From positions 55,180,001 to 55,244,000 of the forward strand of contig CM060734.1 in assembly GCA_030704615.1 (NCBI GenBank): DNA of 64,000 nucleotides, in the 5' to 3' direction. Below are positions 26,581 through 38,000 of this stretch, piece by piece. The notes below the pieces were generated by a model, which did not search any database, had not been told where the DNA came from, and was given only the letters and a program-made list of their open reading frames with translations. The position numbers and the translations under genes were made by a program. Within the stretch, counting starts at the first letter, position 1, and every line of letters starts with the position of its first letter. The DNA comes from Takakia lepidozioides (taxonomy: Eukaryota > Plantae > Bryophyta).

Positions 26581-27268
26581 GTGGCCTGTGCTGGTCTGTG
26601 GTGGCCCGTGTTGACCTGTGGACGGCCTGTGCTGACTCGTGGAGGCACTGGTGGACTGCCTAAGGACTGGCATGTGGTCTGGAAGGCCGAATTTTGAAGC
26701 TCGTGGAGGGCGGTTTGAGGAGTATCTTCATGATATTCCCATGGTCATGCAAGTGAGGGTAAGAGAGAGAAGAGTGTTGGGATGAGGGCATGCTGGGGTT
26801 AGGCATTGCTTTAGCTTCTCTTCCTCGTAGTTTCCACCCTCTCATTAGGCCAAGACCTTTCCGTAGGTGGAGGCAAGAGTCAGTCCGGGTTTGGGCTGGG
26901 GTGTCCTTGCAGGAGCAACACCGTGGAGTTGTTTTTGGTGTGGGGGAGTTGTCGATCTGATTTCTTGTGTTTGGATCCCCTCCATACCTGCATGCTTGAC
27001 TGTGCGCCATGCTAGTTTTGTGTGGGCGCTTGTTTTTATAGGTGATTGGTCCGGATTTGATCACCGGCCAGTCCTAGAGCATGCTGTCGATGGTGAGGCT
27101 GGGGTGATGACCAGCCAGACCATCATTGTTTCTCCTGTGGTGAGGTTGGAGGTGATGACCAGCCAACCATAGGAGTGCTTGCGGTGGATGCAGGTACAGG
27201 TGTAGGCTATGTTAGGAACTTAGTATTCCAAACCATAAGCCGCAACAGGTTCTCTACCCGGTTACCTT

Positions 27269-28750
27269 GTGGAGAGGGGGGGACATGTTCATGACCGGTT
27301 GAGTGTCAACACGGAGGTGCCACTAGTTGCTGGGGACAGTGCCGGTTCGAGCACTAGCGATACTAGTGGGTACACGAGACGAGGTGTGCGGTTTAGGCCA
27401 CCTTCACCTCCTGTGTCTTCCACGGAAGGTTCTGATTCGGATTGTGAATCAGGAGGGCTCATACCGGCGGTGCAAGTTGTTTCTTTGCCATTGTTGTGGG
27501 ACACAATGGAGGAGATGTATGGAGCTACCAAGGGGCCACGAAGGTACTCTGGGGCGGTGGGCACCATTGAGTTGGATGATTTTATCCAAGAGTTTGATAG
27601 TTGGTGTGATTTGCAGCAAATGCGCAATCCACAACTATTTACGCCGTTCATGGCATGGAAAGGGCTGTTTCAGCACCTTGAGGGGCCGCCTATGGATGAT
27701 TACCATGAGTTCAGGCGGGGGCATGAGGTTGAGATCGAGGAGTGGAGGATGTACTGGTCACCCGACTATGTCTCCATCACTAGGGGCACTAGAGCCACGA
27801 GGGCAGTGGCTACACCTGCCGCTGCACCGGCAGCTTCAGCAAGTAGCAGTGGGACTGGTGGTACAGTAGCTACGACGTCCACCCAAGCCACTACCACCAC
27901 CACTAGCACCAGCACTAGCACCCGTGCCTGCCTTCAACCCTGTTGTGGAGTTCTTCGAAGAGTTGAGAGGGAACTACCAAGGGGTGAGGACAGAGAAGTT
28001 GCGGAGCTTGCAAGAGTTCCAACGGAAGCCGACCGAGAGCTTGAGGGAGGCTTTCACTCGCATGAGGCGCTTGATAAATGTAACCCAAGGGGTTACGGAA
28101 GCTCAGGCAGTCCAATTCTGGTATGGGATATTGGACAAGGAGCTGAGGAGAAGGGTGCGGGATGCAACTCTCCTACAAGCGGCCCAACCCACCTTAGCAA
28201 ATGTGTTTTTGCTGGCAGAGCGGATAGAGCTCAACATGGTGGAGGAACGAGTGGTCATGGTGGGATTTGCTAAGGAGACACCACGGGGTAGTGGTGCTCC
28301 TAGCCAACCACTACCTCAACGTGCTCAAGGCAACAAGGGGGCTCAGGTGAAGCTCAGGGAAGGGCAGAGAGGACCTCAGATGCAGGGGTCTCTCCCTTCA
28401 TTTGCTGGCCAACAACGGGCGGATGTGGTGTGCTGGACATGTGGAGGACCCCATGTCAAGAAGGATTGTCCAGAGGGAGGCAAAGGGCCGGCACATGCAC
28501 AGCCTGCACAGTTGCAGTGTGGGCATTGTGGCAACACGGGCATGGAGAGGCCAGTGTTATGGTTTGCATCCTGAGTTGCGCCCAGGCCAGTTCCAAGGGA
28601 ACAATGGTGGCCGGGGGCGAGGGGAGCAGCCCAGAGGGGACGAGGTGGCCAGCCACGAGGTGCAGGCCAAGGGCAAGCTCAACGTGGCCAAGGACGCGGA
28701 GGTCAGGGTGTTGACCAAGGCATGGCCAACCGGCTTCAGCAGCTAGAGCA
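27269..28750 (+). pseudogene. gag of the nested element (frameshifted) with two Cys/His knuckles
   Basis: YSG..ELDDFIQEFDSW, FQRKPTESLREAFTRMRRL, CWTCGGPHVKKDC, and CGHCGNTGH..C across a frameshift. Confidence 0.8.
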
Positions 28751-29499
28751 GAGGCTCGCTGCCATGGCTACAGCTCAGGTGGTACCGGCTCTAAGGCCGG
28801 ATGGTCCACCTCCTGCTCCTGAGGGAGGAGATATGGGAGGCATGGGATTCATGTGTGGAGCAGCACTACCACTAGTGCAGGTGGAGTCTGCTGCAGCCGT
28901 GACTCGAGGAGCAGCACGAGTTCCTGAGCCACGAGGTGCAGAGGTGGAGTTGGATCCACAGCGTGGGGAGGCAAGCCGTCAGGCTAGGCTTCCTCAGTCA
29001 TTCACATTGGCGGAGACAGTGTCGACGCCATCCATGGCACCTAGTTCTCGCCCGACTGTTACCGTTACCGAGGCGGAGGTTACTATGCCATTGGGGAGAG
29101 CTACACGGGTAGCACCACTACCTAGTGTTGCCAAGGCTACGGCAGCTAGTGTGCTGCTAGGAGCGGCCACATCTGTGTGCCAGGCTCCATTGTTCTCGGC
29201 TACCATGATTGCGACGCCGGGGGTAAGACCAGCTGAGGTGTTCAGGCTGGCAGCTACACTCTGTGAGAGTGGGGAGGTTACTTCATCTTCTGCGGAGATA
29301 GTGGGAGGTGTAGTGCCGGAGGGATCCTCGGATTTGAGGGTCAAGACTGCCACGGCGGCGCCATGGCAAGCTGCAGCTGCCAGGTTGATGGAGCTGCCAG
29401 CTAGGCCAGCCATTGAGCGCGCCATGGTGACACCTGGAGTTGTCATGTTAGACAACCAGGATGGCATTTTCTGTTTGAGTGGACCGTGCAGGCAAGCAA

Positions 29500-29810
29500 G
29501 AGGTACCGGCCACTGCGAGTCTTGTTGGACTCGGGAGCTCAGCCATTGATGCTGGGCAGAGCTGCTATTGCAGGCTTGGGCCTCACGGAGGCGGATATGG
29601 AGCCTTGTCCTTTCCAGATACAGACGTCTCTGGGAGGATCGGAGCAGGCTCGGGGCATGACACGGCATGAGTTGGCTATCAGACTACGGCCGGATCACCC
29701 TACAGATGGCTCAGTGATGCGAGCCAAGGCCATTGTGACAGACGCAGTCTCATACGATGTCCTGGTTGGTGGGGCAGTGTTGTACCCCATGGGCTTCACC
29801 CTGGATTTTT
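29500..29810 (+). CDS. Retropepsin-type aspartic protease domain of the nested element
   Basis: VLLDSGAQP catalytic motif and a distal YDVLVG motif. Confidence 0.85.
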
Positions 29811-30229
29811 GGGAGGAGTCAGCTTCCTATAGGCCTGCATGGCAGTCAGGGGAGGGCCGGCGTGTGCAGCTCCCTGTGACGTTCATAGGAGGAGTTGCGG
29901 TTGCCCAGCGAGGCAAGATGCCGACACTAGCAGCATTCACAGCGGCAGTGAGTTGGCCTAGAGAGTTGCTTGAGGGCAATGCTCATTCAGAGGATGTACC
30001 ACCTCCGGGAGAGCAGGATGACATGTATGGTATGGCGGAGTTGCCTACCATGGTTGCTCAGACTCCATTGTGGGGCACGAGCAAGGATTTGCAGCGGGAT
30101 GCTGATCGACGGGTGCAACAAGCCTGGGTGGAGGCTTTTGTACCGTCAGGAGAGGAGGAGAGTGTGGGGATTGCACCAGGACCACCTCAATTGTCTCCAT
30201 TGGACACCACACCTATTGTGTGGCAGTCT

Positions 30230-31200
30230 CCGGATGAAGGCATTTGTCTTCTGGACTTGTTTGGCGGGATCAGCACCGGATTGGCTGCTGTGTTACAGGC
30301 AGGTGTACGAGTTCGGCGTTACCTGTATGTGGAGAGGGATGAGACTGCACGACGCGTTTCACTTCGCCATGTTGCTCAGTTGGTGCAGCGGTACCCTGAG
30401 TTGTTGTCGGTGTCTGCAATTCGTGGATATCAGCAGGCCTTGCCAGCAGACATTTCGTTGCTGGGGGGCGCAGGATTTGGAGCGGGTTGGCTCCATTGAT
30501 CTGGTAGTGGCAGGTTGGCCCTGCCAAGGGCATTCATCAGCCGGGCATGGCAATGGATTGCGAGACTCGAGGTCGGGTCTGTTTTGGGAGATGGTGGGGT
30601 TTTGCGCCACTTGCAGCTTCATCAAGCTGTATCTCCAGCATACATCTTGGAGAATGTGCCACTGATGGGCGATTCTCGGGCCAGGGTGATGGCCAGTGTG
30701 CATCAAGTCCGGTCGTGGCTTGGGTCAGCAGTGTTGCTAGATGCAGCTACAGTGGGGTCACGGGCTCATCGTCCACGGCTATGGTGGACTAACATGATGC
30801 CACCCGCACTGCTCAAGCGTGCATTTGATGGGGTGCAGCGGCCAGCACATCTCACAGTGGATAACATTCTGGACACAGGGAGGCAGTCTCAACGTGTGAG
30901 ACACGATGACCGTTCGCCTTTGGCAGTGGTCAACAAGGTGGGTCAACCACGAGCAGCATTACCTACACTGCTCAGCTTCCCAGGATCGCATGCTTTCCGG
31001 GATAGTGGACCTGGCCTCCTGTGGGATGCTCAGTTGCAGCAGTTAGTGGAGCCTAATGCTGACGAGCGTGAGCGGGCAATGGGTTTTACCACTGGTACCA
31101 CGGCGGTGTCGTCTCTTTCTGAGGCATCACGTCGTCAAGTGTTGGGGCAAGCAATGGATCTCAATTGCTTGACCTGGATTATCAGCTTGGCTCTAGCTGA
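30230..31200 (+). CDS. C5 DNA cytosine methyltransferase catalytic domain (DNMT3-like) inside the retroelement polyprotein; two frameshifts near 30465 and 30595
   Basis: Motif I LLDLFGGI, II YVERD, III DI, IV DLVVAGWPCQGHS, V SGLFWE, VI ILENV, VIII AHRPRLWWTN, IX ERERAMGF, X RRQVLGQAM, all in canonical order. Confidence 0.93.
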
Positions 31201-31647
31201 GCAACGCAGAGTGCGGAATACACTTCCCTCAATGGTCTCTCTGCCTACCGAGACGGTACAGGCAGTGAGTGGGGGCGAGCATATGAGGACCACGGGGTGC
31301 ATGCATCCATGGCACACGTGGGAGGTGCTCGAGGTTCAGAGGGAGTTGGCAGCCAAGGCGGCTGTGATGGATGAGGTTGGGGATTCTTCTCGGTTGAGGA
31401 GGTCCTCAAGGATGAGATGATGGGGCAGGATGATGCCTTGTCATTGACTGAGCAGGTAGGGAGTACTGCTCAAGAGGTTGCAGCATAGCAACCACGGGAC
31501 GCGTCCTCTACCTCTAAGCCCACTGGACTTAAGGTTGTAGTTACGGAGGACAATTGGGAGCCTGACATTGGACCCATTGTCACCGGAGGAGAGAGACGAC
31601 GTATACGGCGGTTCCTGAGGGCTTACAGGAATTGCTTTGCCTTCAGT

Positions 31648-34400
31648 TTGAAGGACTTGGGAGCACTGAAGGGTCAAGAGATCCGTATTGAGTTGGCCAC
31701 TGACACGCCAATCTTTCGGAGACCCTATAGATACAGTGACATGGAGAGGTCTTTGATTCAGATGAGGACTCAAGATCTCTGGGAGGCAGGTTTGGTGGAG
31801 CTCTCTGGTGGAGAGTATGCTTCAGCCACAGTGATGCCAGCCAAGAAGGATGTCTATGGCAATTGGACGGAGAGACGTATGTGCGGTGATTACCGGCCTG
31901 TAAATCGTCAGACCAAGTCCGATAAGTATGCCATGCCAACACCAGAGGAGATCTTTGATGCCATCGGGCATGCTAAGGCCTTTAGCACTTTGGATTTACG
32001 ATCCGGATATCACCAGTTGCCAATCAAGGAGGCGGACAAGCAGAAGACGGCATTCTGGGGGATCAATGAGCACGGCAAGGATTGCCTATATCAGTGGCGG
32101 TTCTTACCATTTGGGCTTAAGAATGCTCCTGCAGAGTTTCAGAGAGTCATGGATAGGATTCTAGCAGGGGTGGACTTTGCTCGGTGCTACATAGATGACA
32201 TCATCATCTTTAGTGTTACGATGGAGGAGCATGAGAGACACCTTCAGGTGGTATTGGAGCGCTTGAGAGCGCACGGATTGAAGTTGCATCCGGGGAAGTG
32301 CAAGTTTTTCCACAACCAGATTGAGTATCTGGGTCACATGATATATCCTGGAGGATTGGGGGTACAGCAGACTAAGGTAGAGGCCATTGCACAAATTCCA
32401 CGCCCCACGGATGTGAGCCGAGTTCGAGCTTTCATGGGGTTGGCAAACTATTATAGACGGTTTGTCAAGGGATTTAGTACCATTGCAAAGGCTCTAACCA
32501 AGCTGACCAAGGTGGACCAGGAGTGGCAGTGGGAAGATGAGCAGGAACGAGCTTTTCAAGAGCTCAAGGCGAGGTTGACCTCGGCGCCTATCTTGAGACG
32601 ACCTATCAGGGGGCGTCCCTTTCAGCTGCATACGGATTGGAGCATGCTGGGGCTTGGAGCGGTGCTCACACAGGTGGATGATGAGGGAAGAGAGTTCGTA
32701 GTGGCTTACGCTAGCCGCTCGAACAACGCTGCAGAGGCTAAGTACAGCTCATATGAGGGAGAGTGCTTAGCTGCAGTGTGGGCCGTGGCACACTTCAGGT
32801 GCTATCTATACGGCAATCTTTTCACCCTTGTCACGGATCACCAGCCACTCAAGTGGTTGATGGAGTCAGACAAGCTTACGGGGAAGCTTGCACGGTGGGC
32901 ACTTATACTCCAGGAGTATGACTTTCAGGTTGTGCATCGACCGGGTTTGGTCAATCGGGATGCGGATGGATTGAGTCGCAATCCATGCATGAGCCAGCAG
33001 GATGACACTGGAGCTCGGTGGCATGGTGAGACGGACGAGGAGATGGTGCCGGGATGGCACGCATCTGCATTTTTGTGTATCTTGGCATCGGGAGGTCAGA
33101 TTGGACCTACAACAGGGATGACTGTAGACGGAGTGTCTGAGGACCCTGAGGCTAGTGATGAGCTAGGTGGTGCCAGAGATATACATGAGGATTCGGCTGT
33201 GTTGGACTACCTCCGCACGGGAGACACGGCAGCCATTGTGACTGCCAGGGAGAGGGATCGGATCCTGCAACGAGCCAAGAGGTTCAAGTGGGAGGGGATA
33301 CACCTACTTCGAGTGTGGGAGGATGGTCGGGTGAGGATTGTGCCTCACCCCACACAGCGTGCACGGTTAGTGCGGCATGCCCATGAGGAGTTGGGGCATT
33401 TTGGAGTGCGACGCACTCACAGTTTACTGCAGGGGCAGTATTGGTGGCGTGGTATGCATACAGAGGTGCAACAGTTTGTGGCTAGGTGCATGGTGTGTGA
33501 CAGGGTGTGCTTCTTCATTCAACTCCCCTACACCACAGTTGCATCCTTTACCTATCATGGGATTGGGCTACAGGTGGAGTCTTGACTTCGCAGGACCGTT
33601 GCCACTGACTATGCGCCACCACAGATATGTGTTGGTGATGGTGGAGCACTTCTCCAAGTGGATTGAGTTGGTTCCATTGCCTGACAAGGCTAGTGAGGGG
33701 GCTGCGTATGCATTCTTGGATCGTGTGCTTAGCCGATTTGGTGCTCCAGCTGAGGTACTCACGGACCAAGGGAGAGAGTTCTTGGGAGTTTCAGGCTTTG
33801 TGTGATAAAGCCTTGATCGACCACCGCACCACTTCTCGGGATCATCCTGAGGCCGATGGCTTGGCAGAGAGAGTTGTTCAGACGGTGAAGAGGGTTTGCG
33901 CAAGTATGGCTTGCAGAAGGGACACCTAGGAGATTGGGATCTTCAGGTTCCTTGGTTAGCCCGGCTACAGGTTCAGCAAACAAGCATCACTTGCCTCCTT
34001 CTCACCATATTTCCTTCTCTTTGGCCGAGAGCCGGATTTGCCTGCAGCCATTCGTAGGGACACTGCTCAAGTCCTTAACCTTGACGATCCGGACGTGTGG
34101 GTACGTGCATGTGATCAGCGTGCAGAGTTGTTCAAGAAAGTCATGCCCATGGCTTTTGAGAACCTTGCCATTGCACAGCACCGTGATACGTTGAGGTATG
34201 CCACTATACGTGGTGGAGGATATCGTCCTGGGGTTCGGAGGTTTAGCCCTGGTGACTATGTTTATTTGCAGCAGACTGCTCCTACGACTCTGGATGTTAC
34301 TGCAGGGCGTGTTATTCTGAGGGTTCGAGAGGTGTTGCCCTCAGGGGTCCTGATCTTGGAGGGTCGGGATGGCATGACTTGGAAGGACCATGTGCGTAAT
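31648..34400 (+). CDS. RT, RNase H and integrase of the nested element (integrase frameshifted)
   Basis: [24 protein letters not shown] and YIDD (RT); HTDWS..YASR..TDHQPL (RH); H-H-C-C zinc motif, WSLDFAGP, TDQGREF, DGLAER (INT). Confidence 0.95.
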
Positions 34401-34469
34401 TGTGCCCATGTCATCTTCCCAATGTCGATGGCAGAGTTGACCCAAACTTGGCAGTGGTACCTGCAGGTT

Positions 34470-34618
34470 TGAGGTGCATGCTCTGTGGGTCTGCCAAAGG
34501 GGCAGCCACCATGCTGGTGTGTGATCGATGCTCAAGGGGTTGGTATATGGGATGCTTGACACCACCTCTTGAGAAGGTTCCTGACGGAGATTGGTTGTGT
34601 CCACACTGCTTGGGATAG
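34470..34618 (+). CDS. PHD finger at the integrase C-terminus
   Basis: CMLC..MLVCDRCSRGWYMGCLTPPLEKVPDGDWLCPHC-stop; C4HC3 pattern with the His read as Tyr. Confidence 0.88.
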
Positions 34619-35068
34619 TGGCAGTGGACATGACTGGAGGCAGCTAACAAGACATGGGAGGCCAAGCTCATAGGAGTCAATACATGAGATCCCAAGCTCA
34701 AGTTCACAGGTTGCAAGACGGCGACTAACGATGGCAACTCTTGCACCCGGCCTCTTGATCTATCGAGTTTGAGTGTAGTAGGGATAGTGGTGGAGGACTT
34801 AGTGAGGCTATGGTCACTATCACATCTTGTGGCTACCTGGACTTAGAGGGACCTAAGCACCAGCTAGGGGGGCGATTGTATGGACTAGTGACTGCCATAG
34901 TGGGCAGCGTAGTGGCAGCCTAGTGACTGACTAGTTGTAGCCTAGTGGTTGGACTAGTGGCTGGACTAGTGGTAGACTAGTGGTATACTAGTGTGTGGTG
35001 TGCACATGTGTTGTGTGGTTTTGGACAGCGATGTAGTTGTGTAGCGATATGTATGCGCACGACACAAA

Positions 35069-38000
35069 GTTTAAGGTGAAACCTAAGGAACCCGACACCT
35101 TCGAAGGCGTCCGAAATCGGAAGGCACTCAACACCTGGCTCCTGGAGCTAGAACAGTACTTCCGGGCGGCCAAGTTGAGTGACGAGGATCGGGTGGAAGT
35201 AGCTCTCACCTATTTGAGGGGCTATTCCCAACAATGGTGGCAGAAACGCCTTCACGACCGAGGTCCAAGCCCGGAAACCTTGAACTGGAGTGGGTTCAAG
35301 GAATTGATGAAGAGACAGTTTGTGCCCCTCAACGCGTCCTGGCTTGCCTGGGACAAGATGAGGAATTTGAAGCAAACAGATGACATTCGAGGATATGTCC
35401 AGGCTTTCAATGTGCTTTTGCTCGAAGTCGCGGACATGGCAGAACCGGAAATGGTCTTCAACTTTGTGGCGGGACTGGCCCCATGGGCCAGGCGGAAGTT
35501 AGAGGAGAAGCCACCTAAGACTTTGAACGAGGCAATTGAGAGGGCTGAATGTTTCTCGGATGTCCCTAGGGGTGAAAGACAAGGCCGTACGGAGCTGAAC
35601 CACAAGAAACCCCCGGCGGGAAGGTGACTCATTCCGACCGGAAAAGAAGTGGGATAGGCCACGCGGCGACAATGGCACGTGGAAATCGAAGGGAGGGCCT
35701 TCACAAGTCAAGGCGGCACCCGGTTGCTTCGAAAGGAAAAGCGGGTGGAGCGGCCTATGGCGGACAGAAGTCAACCTTTGATGGAGTGTGTTTCAATTGC
35801 GGGAGCCTGGGCACATGGCCAAGAAGTGCACGAAGCCCCGGCAATTGAACATGACTCGGGCGACCACAGAACTGTCGGAAGATACCATCAGTCGCTTGGT
35901 GGAAGCGGTGGTGGCCAGGACTTGCAAGGTAGGCAAATTTTCTTGTGAGTTGTATCAGGAAACTGGCGCCTTACGAAAAGGGAGTCAGTTATTGTTCGTG
36001 GATGGGATAATATCCGGAACTAATGTGTCGTTGTTGGTGGACACAGGAGCGTCGCACTCCTTCATGACACCGGCAACGGCACAAAAGCTGGGACTCCCGA
36101 CAAGTGACGTGGGGGCCTCTATTGAGGTGCGTTCTGCCAAAGGTAACCGCAATTGGCGACAAGGTTGGCGTTTGATGTTCCTCTTCAACTGGGGAGTTGG
36201 GAGGGACGTGAGAACTTCACCATCTGCGAGATCGATGGAGTGGATCTCATTTTGGGGATGACATTTTTGAGCAAATCCGGAGCGGTCATAGATGGCCGCA
36301 AGAGAGTAGTCACGCTGCCATGTGGGAATGGTGGCGAGGTCTTACGAGTGTCGGAAATGCCCAAACCAATGGGAGGGCGAATAAACCTTCTGTCAGCAAG
36401 GGAGTGGGCCGTGGAGGAGGCACACGAGCCCCAGTTTTTGCTCTACATTAGAGAAGTGAAGGGAGAAGGCGATGGGGAGCCGAGCCCAGATTGGATCAAG
36501 GGGATTTTGGAGAAATACCAGGATGTGATGCCGGAGGATTTACCAAGCGGTTTGCCACCGCGAAGAGGAGTTGACCACAAGATTGAGGTGATACCGGGAT
36601 CGGAACCGCCTGCCAAGGCGCCCTACCGGTTGAGCCACAGAGAGTTGGTCGAGCTGAAGACTCAACTCAAAGATCTAATGTCAAAGGGGTACATCCGGCC
36701 GAGTAAGTCACCTTACGGAGCCCCGGTGCTATTTGCAGATAAAAAGGATGGGACGCTGCGGATGTGTGTCGATTACAGGGCTCTGAATAAGATGACTATA
36801 AAAAACCGGTACCCTTTGCCAAAGATCGACGACCTCTTCGATCGGTTGGCAGGAGCGAAGTATTTCAGCCGGATCGACTTGCGTTCCGGCTATCATCAAA
36901 TTCGGGTGGCGGAAGGAGATGAGGAGAAGACCGCGTGTAGGACAAGGTATGGTTCATATGAGTTCTTGGTGATGCCTTTTGGGCTCACCAATGCACCAAC
37001 GACATTTAACATGCGATGAAGCCTTTTCCAGGAGTGGTTGGATGACTTTGTGATCGTGTACATCGACGACATCTTGGTGTACTCGAAAACAAAGGAGGAG
37101 CACCTGGAGCACCTGAAAAGGGTGCTCTAAAAATTGCGGGAAGGGAAGCTGTATGCCAAAGATTCAAAGTGCGAATTCGGGGTCACAAAAGTGGAGTTCC
37201 TGGGGCATGTGATTACTCAGGATGGGATCAGAATGGATGACAGGAAGGTGAGGGCAATCTTGGACTGGGAGCCTCCGACTTCGGTCCCGGGAGTGCGATC
37301 CTTCCTAGGACTCGCCTCCTATTACCGGAAGTATGTGAGAAATTTCACCAAGATCGCGGGACCGCTGTCAGACCTTCTGTGTAAATCCAAAGTCTGGGCA
37401 TGGAACACCTTTTGTGGCCAAGCTTTTGCTGAATTGAAGCAGCGGATGGTGGAAGCTCCAGTCTTGAAAATCCCGGAGTTCGATCTTCCGTTCGAGATAC
37501 ATACAGATGCGTCGGACTTCGCGATTGGGGGTGTACTGATGCAAGATGGACGTCCAGTGGCTTACGAAAGTAAGAAACTGAATGAAGTGGAGCGACGGTG
37601 GCCGACGCACGAGAAAGAGATGAAGGCGGTGGTGCACTGTCTTGAGCTTTGGTGCCACTATGTTGGTTCCAACCCAGTGAAGGTGTTCACGGACAATGTC
37701 ACGGTGAAGTATTTTGCCACGCAGCCCAAGTTGTCCCCAAAACAACTTAGGTGGCAAGATACTTTGGCGGTGTTCGACGTGGATATCCAATACAAACCGG
37801 GACGAGACAACGTGGTGGCCGATGCTTTAAGTAGAAAGCAGCAGCTCTTGTTGGTGTACAAGGGCGAGACGGCGCTCCAAAGGAAGATCCGGAAGGCTTG
37901 CCGGAAGGATGAGCTGGCGAAGTCTGTGATGCAAGACTTGAGGATGGGGGTTAAATCGCAGTTCCACTTGCATAATGGACTGCTCCGGTATAAGCAAAAG

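Larger units (their letters stand above)
23538..35064 (+). mobile_element. Nested Ty3/Gypsy-type retroelement encoding gag-PR-DNMT-RT-RH-INT-PHD
   Basis: TGTC...GACA ends and CAAA duplication (23534-23537, 35065-35068). Removing the insert restores the outer gag frame (STKA-KFKVKPKEPDTF). Confidence 0.9.

Noticed and set aside
25042-26673. Long repetitive ORFs (HSPSQPVTA...) and a CRISPR-like appearance
   Set aside because: Stop-free translation of a minisatellite in several frames; no unique spacers; eukaryotic context.
30230-31200. Host DNMT3/DRM gene or bacterial contamination
   Set aside because: No introns, in frame with the protease, inside a TSD-bounded element nested in plant TEs; motif order is not permuted as in DRM.
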